Source: Methanomicrobia archaeon LH_S14
GTDB taxonomy: Archaea; Halobacteriota; Syntropharchaeia; Alkanophagales; Methanospirareceae
Direction of reading: 5' to 3'
DNA length: 38,915 bases
Assembly (NCBI GenBank): GCA_023659775.1
Contig: JAGXOS010000002.1
Span: forward strand, 1 to 38,915
The translations under genes and the position numbers were made by a program. Shown here in pieces: positions 9,530 to 17,448 of this stretch. The notes beneath the pieces were generated by a model. That model had not been told where the DNA came from. It made no database searches and saw only the letters and a list, made by a program, of their open reading frames with translations. Positions within the stretch are counted from its first letter, which is position 1, and each line of letters starts with the position of its first letter.

Positions 9530-10576
9530 TTAAAACTCCAACTCCCCCGCTATTTTCGTCCCCATATTTATCGTTACCTCTGCTATATCCTCGCAATACT
9601 TCGCTATTCTTCCCAAACTCTCCATGATAGAAAGAAGATGTATTTTTTCTGTAATACTCAGCTCTTCTGCCAAAACTCGCTCATTTATTTCATCTAATTT
9701 ATCTATCAGCGCATTTGCATCCCTTATCGCTTCATTCGCTCCTTTCATATCCGTATTCGATAAGGAAGCCAGAGTCCTGGTGAAAAGGTTTTCAGCACGA
9801 AAGCCGATTTCTTTTATGCCCCCCAAGCTTTGAACCCCTAAAGATACAGGGCTTTTCGGATTCATTAGCATGGAATTCTTCGCTATATTCTCTACATGGT
9901 CGCCTATCCTCTCCATGCTTTTCACTATTATCCTGTATCCCAGGCTATCGCGCTGCCTGCCCACGCCTATTTTCTTTGCAAGCTCGGGATCGCTCATCGC
10001 AGCCTTTAGCTGCCTTACGATGAGCAAATAAAATCGGTCTATCTCGTTATCGCGCTCTACAATGTCCTCCGCAAGGTTCGAGTCACCTTTTTCAAGTGCG
10101 GAAATCGCATCTCCCTGCATTGACAATATTATCTCTGACATGCTCCGTATCGCATCGCGTAGTGTAAAATCCTCGTATTTTAAAAAGCTCTGGAGCACTA
10201 TTTCCTTTGACGACTCTCCAACAACCTCCATGCCTATCAGCCTCTTCCTCACTTCCTCCTTTATCCTCTTCCTTTCTTCAGCCCCGAAACCGCTGGGCGA
10301 TAAAAGCTTTATGAGGTCATATCCAACGAGGTAATGAGCGATAAGATACCTGAAGTTGTCCTCAAAGCTTTCTTTCTCTGAGAGTTTGAGCTCAGCGGAT
10401 TTTGTCTGCTCTTTTTCCTTCTTCTCCGGTGTTATGACAAGGGAGTTATCACTACGTTGAATTAAAGAGAGTTCATCTCCTTGCTTTATCCCCGCTTCTC
10501 TTGCCCATTTTATAGGAAGCGATATGGTAAGTGTCGAACCACCTGTGAGCTGTATTTTTCTCTTCTCCTCTTTCAT
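9530..10576 (-). CDS. phoU: Phosphate uptake regulator PhoU family with N-terminal AbrB domain
   Basis: RKIQLTGGSTLTISLPIKWA (AbrB) followed by two PhoU repeats (DNEIDRFY, ERIGDH, RIAKYCEDIAE). Confidence 0.88.
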   Translation of the reverse strand: MKEEKRKIQLTGGSTLTISLPIKWAREAGIKQGDELSLIQRSDNSLVITPEKKEKEQTKSAELKLSEKESFEDNFRYLIAHYLVGYDLIKLLSPSGFGAEERKRIKEEVRKRLIGMEVVGESSKEIVLQSFLKYEDFTLRDAIRSMSEIILSMQGDAISALEKGDSNLAEDIVERDNEIDRFYLLIVRQLKAAMSDPELAKKIGVGRQRDSLGYRIIVKSMERIGDHVENIAKNSMLMNPKSPVSLGVQSLGGIKEIGFRAENLFTRTLASLSNTDMKGANEAIRDANALIDKLDEINERVLAEELSITEKIHLLSIMESLGRIAKYCEDIAEVTINMGTKIAGELEF

Positions 10577-10664
10577 CTTTTCTCACTCACCCATTATCAC
10601 TCACCCATATGTTTCTATATATTATAAATATAATTATATAAAAACAAGAGCGAGGCATCATATT

Positions 10665-10672
10665 TTTATAAA
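10665..10672 (+). promoter_or_regulatory. Candidate TATA box for the ATPase-PafA/Dop-modifier operon
   Basis: TTTATAAA about 30 nt upstream of ATG 10703, in the AT-rich divergent phoU/ATPase intergenic region; AGGGGA precedes the start. Confidence 0.4.
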
Positions 10673-10702
10673 CCAATTCTTATATTTTAAAGGGGATTAA
10701 AA

Positions 10703-12331
10703 ATGGAAGAAAGGGAGGACTATATTCCAAGATACGAGTATGAACGGTTAGAGAGTGACTACAGGCGGTTGATGAGGAAATACGAGGAGACAGAAGCGTA
10801 TAAAGCGGATTTGGAGAAACTTGTTTCAAAATCGAGGTCGCCGCCTTTGGACTGTGGATTCGTAGTGGAGAAGACCGGAGAGGGTGCCATTGTGAATTTG
10901 AATGGTGCATTAAAGGCTTTACCTTACGGTACGCTTACAGAGAAAGAAATAGAGAAGCTGAAAGAGGGTCTATATGTCTTCATAGGACGCATCCCCGACA
11001 GGAATAACCCCAGTGGATTTACCATAGGCATCACGAAGGTGTACGACAGGATGGTAGATTTAGAGGTGGGCGAGATAGAAGAGTTGAGGAAGGACGACGA
11101 TGGATGGGTTGGAGAAATATCAACCGGGAAGGGGCGTGGTAGGATATATAAAAGGCTGAGAGAAGAAGAAAAGGAGATGGTAAAAGAGGGGATGAAGGTA
11201 GGGCTTCTTCCCGGTACCTTTGACATAAAGAAGAGTTACAAAGCGAAGGAAATCTCCCGCTACGAAGTCACAAAGAGTCCCGATGTGAGCTTTAACGACA
11301 TTGGTGGTTTAAAGGAGGTAAAACAGGAATTGATAAAGAGCATTATTCTTCCGATGATAAATCCCGATGATTACTCGAAGTATGGGGAATGCTCGAGGAG
11401 GATACTGATGTATGGTCTGCCAGGATGCGGGAAAACGATGTGTGCAAAGGCGTTAGCATCTGCATTACCAAATTGTGAATTCGTGAAGGTCGGAGCAGGA
11501 GAGCTATTCAGCATGTGGCTTGGCGAATCAGAGAAGAATGTAAGAATGGTGTTCGAGGCTGCGAACGCTAAATTAGAGGATGGTGAAAACGACTATGGTG
11601 TAATCTTCTTTGACGAGATAGATGCGTTAGCACAGGAAAGGGGCATGTACACTGGCTCCTCTGGAGCGCCTGAGAGAGTCACCGGGCAACTACTGGACCT
11701 GTTGGAAGGTTTCCACGCTCTGCATCCACACCTTACGGTGATAGGAGCAACGAACAGGCTGTATCTTATAGATTCCGCATTCAGGGCGAGATTTGATAAG
11801 ATAATTGAGGTTCCAAAGCCTGATAAGGAAGCCGTGTATTCCATTGTCTCCTTATATGCTAAAAAGATTCCTGTTGACCACTACTTGATAAAGGAAAAAG
11901 GAGGAGAAGAAGAAGCGCGGGCGGATCTGGTGAAAGAGATTGTCGGCTACATGTACAGTGATAGATATGTTGAGACAGAAATAGGAAGGATAAAGAGGGC
12001 GGATACGATAACCGGGAGGTTCATATCGCAGATATTCAATTATGCAAGGGATAAGGCATTGGAGGAGAGGACATTGCTGATGCTAAAAAAAGGAGTTATC
12101 AGCAACGAGGATATGAGGAGAATGTGGGATAAAGAAGGAATTGCAGAGATATTAGATGCAGGAAGCAGGACAGAGGATTTGCAGAAGACGTATAAACGCA
12201 TAGAAGATATAGGAGTGAACATGAGACATCTGAAAGAGGGTTTTGACAAGTTTGTGCAAAGAAGAGCAGAGGAGATATTAGCATCAGGGTATGGGGGAAT
12301 GCCAGAAGAAGAAACTGGAATGCATTATTAA
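10703..12331 (+). CDS. ARC/Mpa-like proteasome-associated AAA+ ATPase
   Basis: N-terminal coiled coil ending RSPPL, about 130 aa of OB-like region, Walker A GLPGCGKT, pore loop MWLGESE, Walker B FFDEID. The post-AAA segment YAKKIPVDHYLIKEKGGEEEARADLVKEIVGYMY resembles the Mpa/ARC-specific region rather than PAN. Context supports the call. Confidence 0.82.
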   Translation: MEEREDYIPRYEYERLESDYRRLMRKYEETEAYKADLEKLVSKSRSPPLDCGFVVEKTGEGAIVNLNGALKALPYGTLTEKEIEKLKEGLYVFIGRIPDRNNPSGFTIGITKVYDRMVDLEVGEIEELRKDDDGWVGEISTGKGRGRIYKRLREEEKEMVKEGMKVGLLPGTFDIKKSYKAKEISRYEVTKSPDVSFNDIGGLKEVKQELIKSIILPMINPDDYSKYGECSRRILMYGLPGCGKTMCAKALASALPNCEFVKVGAGELFSMWLGESEKNVRMVFEAANAKLEDGENDYGVIFFDEIDALAQERGMYTGSSGAPERVTGQLLDLLEGFHALHPHLTVIGATNRLYLIDSAFRARFDKIIEVPKPDKEAVYSIVSLYAKKIPVDHYLIKEKGGEEEARADLVKEIVGYMYSDRYVETEIGRIKRADTITGRFISQIFNYARDKALEERTLLMLKKGVISNEDMRRMWDKEGIAEILDAGSRTEDLQKTYKRIEDIGVNMRHLKEGFDKFVQRRAEEILASGYGGMPEEETGMHY

Positions 12332-12337
12332 AATAAA

Positions 12338-14098
12338 ATGGAAAGGGAGGATTTGAATAGATGGCAAGGGTTAGAGCACGAATTTAGAGTGGGCATAAGT
12401 TCAAAATCACCCGGCTTGTACAGATATGCGAGATTTTATCATGTAGATGAAGTGATTCATGCGCTTGAGAATTATACTTTTTTTGATGGCACGGATGCGA
12501 TATGCTCGAAGTTGCGGAGGAGAAACGACGGCTTTTTGAGAAATGGCTCTCGGATTTACATCTGCACTGGTGGTCACTTAGAGATAGCCACGCCTGAATG
12601 CAGAAACGCCTTCGAGGTGCTGAAATATGATAAGGCGGCGGAGTTGTACATGCAGATAGGGGTGGAGAAAGCAAATGAAAGATATCGGGAGAAGCTGAGA
12701 AAAAAAGGGAATACCCCCGCATACATCCAATGCTGGAAAGCAAACGTGGAGATAGACAAGAGGTATAGCAGGGGCACGCACGAATCCTACATGGTGGAGA
12801 GGAGGAAATTTGTGGGTAAAGAGAATTTGCTCATACCTTTTTTAGTGCTTCGGAAGATATTCTTTGGAGCTGGCGGCTTTATAGCGGAAAAAGAAGGGAT
12901 AAGATATGTGCTTTCGCCGAAAGCGATGGTTTCGAAGCGGGTTCTCACAGAGTCACCTTCTCAATGGCCGATATTATCTACACGTGACGAGCCGTTGAGC
13001 ACAAAGGATAAATATCGAGTGCATGTTACATCAGGAGAGGGAGTTCGCTCTGAGGTTACGCGGCTGCTCAATAATGCGCTCACATCCTACGTGATAGATG
13101 CGATAGAAACAGGGAAGATCTCGTATGTAGAGGACATCTGGAATCCGCTTCAAACATTTAAAGATATTTCCGCGAATACCGAAGGTGACTGGAGGATAAA
13201 GTTAACGAATGGGAGGACTGAGTCTGCGATTGATTATCTTATGGGTTATTATCTCGCGGTGATAGAGGAGTTATTTGAGGAACGAGAGACATCTTACTGG
13301 GACAGATACGTTCTGGATACGTTCAAGAAGCTTTGTGATAAGTTCGGACAGGGATTGCTTGAAGACCCATACGTGGTGCGGCGTTTGGAATGGGTGATGA
13401 AGTTATGGGTGATAAATAACGAAATAGATGATTTTGAATATGAATACACTTCAAAGGGGAAATTTGATTACCGGAGCATCTACATGATGGATGAGCGTGT
13501 GGAGAAAGAGATAGCCGCTTCGTTTGATTTCACTAATCTCTGTGACCATGATTTATACGAGCAAGTAGCGGATAGGATAGGGGTGGAGCGAGTACTAACG
13601 GAAGAGGAGATAGGAGAAGCATTGTTATTCCCACCGAAGGATTCAAGAGCCGAGTTAAGGGTAAGGCTTGCATCTGAATTCGAGAATGCGACACTGAGCT
13701 GGAATAAGATAACGATAAACCGGGAGCCGAAGATAGAGATAGATATGGGTAGACCAAGTGGAGAGGAATATTCGAGGTTATTTGAAAGGTATCCGGAACT
13801 TGCGAGGATGCCAAGCGCGGTGGTGGTGTTTTTGCGTGAAAGGAGGAGAGGTGAGGCGACGAGGCAAGTTCTTGTACGACTTCTGGCGGAGGAAGAGGAC
13901 ATAAGAGGCTGGGAGGAGGAGATAAGCAGAGAAATAAGGAACAGAATAGTCAGGAATCCCTATTTAGACTATTTGCTGTATTCCAATAACAAAACTTACC
14001 GATTTGATGAGCTGGATGGATGGGATAAGGAGAGTGTAAAGGAGAAGGTAGAAGAGATAAGGAGGGCGGAAAAGAAGGAGAAAGAAGAGGTAGAATAA
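12338..14098 (+). CDS. PafA/Dop-family (Pup ligase-like) protein, closer to PafA
   Basis: GLEHEF (GxExE), FLRNGSRIYICTGGHLEIATPEC (cf. PafA [20 protein letters not shown]), GTHESY, LIPFLVLRKIFFGAG, PILSTRDEP, YRVHV, LEWVMK, PPKDSRAELR. Confidence 0.85.
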   Translation: MEREDLNRWQGLEHEFRVGISSKSPGLYRYARFYHVDEVIHALENYTFFDGTDAICSKLRRRNDGFLRNGSRIYICTGGHLEIATPECRNAFEVLKYDKAAELYMQIGVEKANERYREKLRKKGNTPAYIQCWKANVEIDKRYSRGTHESYMVERRKFVGKENLLIPFLVLRKIFFGAGGFIAEKEGIRYVLSPKAMVSKRVLTESPSQWPILSTRDEPLSTKDKYRVHVTSGEGVRSEVTRLLNNALTSYVIDAIETGKISYVEDIWNPLQTFKDISANTEGDWRIKLTNGRTESAIDYLMGYYLAVIEELFEERETSYWDRYVLDTFKKLCDKFGQGLLEDPYVVRRLEWVMKLWVINNEIDDFEYEYTSKGKFDYRSIYMMDERVEKEIAASFDFTNLCDHDLYEQVADRIGVERVLTEEEIGEALLFPPKDSRAELRVRLASEFENATLSWNKITINREPKIEIDMGRPSGEEYSRLFERYPELARMPSAVVVFLRERRRGEATRQVLVRLLAEEEDIRGWEEEISREIRNRIVRNPYLDYLLYSNNKTYRFDELDGWDKESVKEKVEEIRRAEKKEKEEVE

Positions 14099-15684
14099 TG
14101 AAGGAGCACGCAAAGGGGACAGAGGGTAAGATAAGAGGAGTAGAGCAGGAATATCCGGCAAGTGCAAAAGCGACCTCAAATCCTTCTTTGCTCGTCAACG
14201 CCGCGATTCAAGGTTTAAAAAGAAGAAAAATTTCAAGGGATGTGAAGTGGGACATAACTACCGAAATATCACAGGAAGCGAATGAATCGCGAATAGCGTC
14301 TTCGTACGGAGATAACGGCTGCCGGATTTATAACGATATGGGGCATCTTGAAATAGCAACACCTTCTTACAATAACCCTTTTGATGCCGTGGCATACGAT
14401 AAAGTATCAGAGATATATGCTTTTGTGGGCTCAAGGGAGGCGAGCCTGGCTTTAAAGAAAAGAGTGGTTATTCATAAGAACAATGTCGCGAATTTCTTCA
14501 GTCGCATTAGTGCTGGTGCTGACAGTGGCATACACATAGGAAAAGGGAAAAAAGTAAAAACCAATACATACGCCACGCATGGGAATATAATAACAAAAAG
14601 AAAAGCATGCAAGGATTGGAGTCGTGTAGAAAAAGCGCTAATACCCTGGGTTGTTACACGAATATTGTTCACCGGGTCCGGGGATGTTGTTTCCGGAGAT
14701 ACCTTTGGTAAAGAAGGAGTAAAGTTCGTTATCTCGCCAAGAGCGATGTTCGTTGTGCAGAAGTCTTCTCTTTCCACTACTGTGGGTAGAGGCATCCTGA
14801 ACACAAGAGACCAGCCTCATGCCGCACGTCAATACTGGCGACTACACGATATACATTATGAGGCGCTTCGTTCCGAATACGCAATTTTCTTGCGTGATAT
14901 CGCGCAAGCAATGGTAATTTGTGCATTTGAATTGGGGTTCCTGGATGATGCACCGGAGATAGACGACCCGGTGAGGGCATTCAAGAAAATATCATTGGAT
15001 ACGCAGGAATGCGAGTGGGAGATAAAGTTGAAGAACGGTGAGAGGACAGATGCAGTATCCATTTTACGGTTTTATCTCGAAGCAATAGAGAAGATGTACG
15101 AAGAGATGGGAGGAGAAGGGAAGTGGGATAAAATAGGGAGAAAAGGTTTAAAGGAAGTGATAGAGAAGTTGGAAGCTCGGCACCTCGAAAAATATGTGGA
15201 TGGGATAGACTGGGTGACGAAATTGGCATTGCTTGTGAATTACGAGCCGAAAAGTGCTTCTGAAGGAATAAGCATATGTAATCAATATGCATTGCTGGAT
15301 GAAAGTGTGATGTATTATCTCGAGGATGGAGAAGAAAGTATAAAAGGCAGTTGTCTTTTCAATCCGAAGGAGTCGCTGGCATTCGCAAAGAAAGAATTGC
15401 CGCAAGTTGATTGGTCTTCGTTATCAGATAGAGTAAAATATGCACTGAGTAATGCACCGGAGCAGACGAGGGAATTTTTCAAGGCTGAGCTGTTGAGAAG
15501 ATATGGATCGCATGTGAGGAGTGTTAGCTGGTCAACGATGGTGCTTAATGAGGCGAAAATAATGCTGGACGAGCCGTTTATGCTAAATAAGGCAGAAATA
15601 GGGGCGGAAATGATAGAGGGAAGAGAAATAGAGGAAGTTTTATCAGCAGCGAAAAGGTTATATCCTGATAAGGTGATCTTTTAG
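14098..15684 (+). CDS. PafA/Dop-family protein, closer to Dop (deamidase/depupylase)
   Basis: GVEQEY, Dop-loop-like KWDITTE, NGCRIYNDMGHLEIATP (cf. Dop NGARLYVDHAHPEY), HKNN, TTVGRGILNTRDQPHA, RLH, IDWVTKL, APEQTREFFK. Coupled to the upstream gene by a TAATG overlap. Confidence 0.85.
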   Translation: MKEHAKGTEGKIRGVEQEYPASAKATSNPSLLVNAAIQGLKRRKISRDVKWDITTEISQEANESRIASSYGDNGCRIYNDMGHLEIATPSYNNPFDAVAYDKVSEIYAFVGSREASLALKKRVVIHKNNVANFFSRISAGADSGIHIGKGKKVKTNTYATHGNIITKRKACKDWSRVEKALIPWVVTRILFTGSGDVVSGDTFGKEGVKFVISPRAMFVVQKSSLSTTVGRGILNTRDQPHAARQYWRLHDIHYEALRSEYAIFLRDIAQAMVICAFELGFLDDAPEIDDPVRAFKKISLDTQECEWEIKLKNGERTDAVSILRFYLEAIEKMYEEMGGEGKWDKIGRKGLKEVIEKLEARHLEKYVDGIDWVTKLALLVNYEPKSASEGISICNQYALLDESVMYYLEDGEESIKGSCLFNPKESLAFAKKELPQVDWSSLSDRVKYALSNAPEQTREFFKAELLRRYGSHVRSVSWSTMVLNEAKIMLDEPFMLNKAEIGAEMIEGREIEEVLSAAKRLYPDKVIF

Positions 15685-15744
15685 TAAAGGTTCTTGCGAA
15701 GCAAAAAAGTGTTAGGGGGTTGAGTTAAAGTGGGTGTGAATGTA

Positions 15745-15987
15745 ATGGGTTTTGAAGGAATGGAAGGGGAAGAAGAGGAAATAGAAGAGGAAGAGGAGTA
15801 TGTAAAAGAGGAAGAGAAGGAATACAGCGGTGCAGAGAAGGAGAAAGAGATGGCGAGCATAATGGAAAGGTTGAAGCAGCGTGAGAAGAAGGAGAAAGCC
15901 GCCGACCTCGTAAGTAAGTTGAGAGGGAAGAAGAAGGTAAATAAGAAGATAATGCCTTATGAGATATATGCGACTTCGGGGGAGTGA
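15745..15987 (+). CDS. Candidate Pup/UBact-like small protein modifier (80 aa, ends ...IYATSGE)
   Basis: Low-complexity, highly charged protein with C-terminal Gly-Glu, directly downstream of two PafA/Dop homologues. ATG 15745 follows GGTGTGA; GTG 15730 is an alternative start. Confidence 0.78.
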   Translation: MGFEGMEGEEEEIEEEEEYVKEEEKEYSGAEKEKEMASIMERLKQREKKEKAADLVSKLRGKKKVNKKIMPYEIYATSGE

Positions 15988-15989
15988 AT

Positions 15990-16326
15990 GCTCAAATACA
16001 ATCTGCTCCACCATATAACGATTAATGGTTGAATAACAATAGCAGATACAGCCATACTTATCAACTGTCCGATATAGGGTATAGAACCGGTAACAAAATA
16101 ATGAATTTTCTTCTTCCGTATTCTGTCATGTCTGACAGACTTGTTCTGCCTTTTCCCGCCGCCCCTTTCGCCATGCCAATCGCACCGGCAGTGAAAAACG
16201 CACTTATTAGCAACACCAAAATCACAGTGATGATGACAGCAGCTATAATCATATCTATGTTTTGATTTGAATGATCTTCCACGTTTCGAACCCTTTTCCT
16301 ATTACACCGCCAAGCTCTTCCACCAT
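15990..16326 (-). pseudogene. Collapsed archaeal multi-pass membrane protein gene
   Basis: Three pieces in different frames: MVEELGGVIGKGFETWK / LISAFFTAGAIGMAK...TSLSDMTEYGRRKF / IVIQPLIVIWWSRLYLS. Boundaries approximate. Confidence 0.55.
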
Positions 16327-16404
16327 GTTATCTATCAGTTAAGACTCAATCTTGCTTAAGAGTATATAAAAGGTTTTTAAGGCATTGTAACCAAACGTAA
16401 AAAT

Positions 16405-17448
16405 ATGGCAGTAATAGAAACACTACTGAGTTTGATTCAGCATGAATATTTTCTCTTCTTCTTGATTCTGGCAAGCTTCGCTATTCTTACTAAAATCGTT
16501 CATGTTATCCTCGTAATATACCTTAAGGCATTTGCCGCACGAACAAAGACCGATATTGACGACATCATATTGAAAATAATTACAAAACCGATGTGTATTT
16601 TTATTGTTTTTGCTGGTTTTTATTTCGCATTGAAATCTCTATCGGTCCTCGCACCCTATTCCACGAAGATAAATAGTATATTTTTTGTTGGTACGGTATT
16701 GTTGCTGTCTTTGATCGTATCCCGGATTTTTGGCGTGCTGATAAGTCGGTGGCTGAAGGTGCAGAAGAAATATGAAAAGATGCCGAAATTGATGAGTCAC
16801 ATAGTTGCAGCGGTTATTTATATAATTGCGTTTTTAATGGTTCTGGATTATTTCAAGATAGAAATAAAGCCCTTACTTGCGGCTTTTGGGTTGGGTGGTT
16901 TAGTTGTTGCATTGGCTCTACAGAACACGCTTTCAAACCTTTTCGCGGGATTACATATTATCTCTGACCGACCCATAAACGTTGGGGATTTTATAGACAT
17001 AGAGGGAGGTCCTTCAGGTTTTGTGGAAGATATTGGCTGGCGGTCCACGAGGGTGAGAACCCTGCCAAACACACTTGTCATTGTTCCAAATTCAAAACTT
17101 GCGGAGAGTGCAATCGTAAATAACTCGTTGCCGGTGTTGGAGATGGCTGCGGTAGTTCAGTGTGGTGTTGCTTACGGCTCGGATTTGGAAAAAGTGGAGC
17201 GGGTCACGATTGATGTGGCGAAGAAGATACAAGAAACCGTCCCGGGAGCGATTAAAACCTTTGAACCGTTCATCAGGTACCACACTTTTGGAGACTCGAA
17301 CATCAATTTCTCGATTATTTTGCGTGTGGAGGAGCTTGTGGCTAAATATGTTATCATGCACGAATTTATAAAAGCGTTGAAGAAGCGATACGATGAAGAG
17401 GGGATTGAAATATCGTGGCCCGTGAGGAAAATATATCATGGGAAATAA
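16405..17448 (+). CDS. mscS: Small-conductance mechanosensitive channel
   Basis: GLGGLVVALALQNTLSNLFAG, GDFIDI, IGWRSTRVRT, IVPNSKL, GVAYGSD. Confidence 0.93.
   Translation: MAVIETLLSLIQHEYFLFFLILASFAILTKIVHVILVIYLKAFAARTKTDIDDIILKIITKPMCIFIVFAGFYFALKSLSVLAPYSTKINSIFFVGTVLLLSLIVSRIFGVLISRWLKVQKKYEKMPKLMSHIVAAVIYIIAFLMVLDYFKIEIKPLLAAFGLGGLVVALALQNTLSNLFAGLHIISDRPINVGDFIDIEGGPSGFVEDIGWRSTRVRTLPNTLVIVPNSKLAESAIVNNSLPVLEMAAVVQCGVAYGSDLEKVERVTIDVAKKIQETVPGAIKTFEPFIRYHTFGDSNINFSIILRVEELVAKYVIMHEFIKALKKRYDEEGIEISWPVRKIYHGK

Noticed and set aside
10703-12331. Calling the ATPase ordinary archaeal PAN or Cdc48
   Set aside because: It has a single AAA module, a longer N-terminal region, an Mpa-like post-AAA segment and PafA/Dop context, and no canonical HbYX tail.
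12329-12340. ATPase stop is in frame with the PafA-like start (possible read-through fusion)
   Set aside because: The stop is TAA, not a recoded TAG/TGA, and an in-frame arrangement has a 1-in-3 chance.
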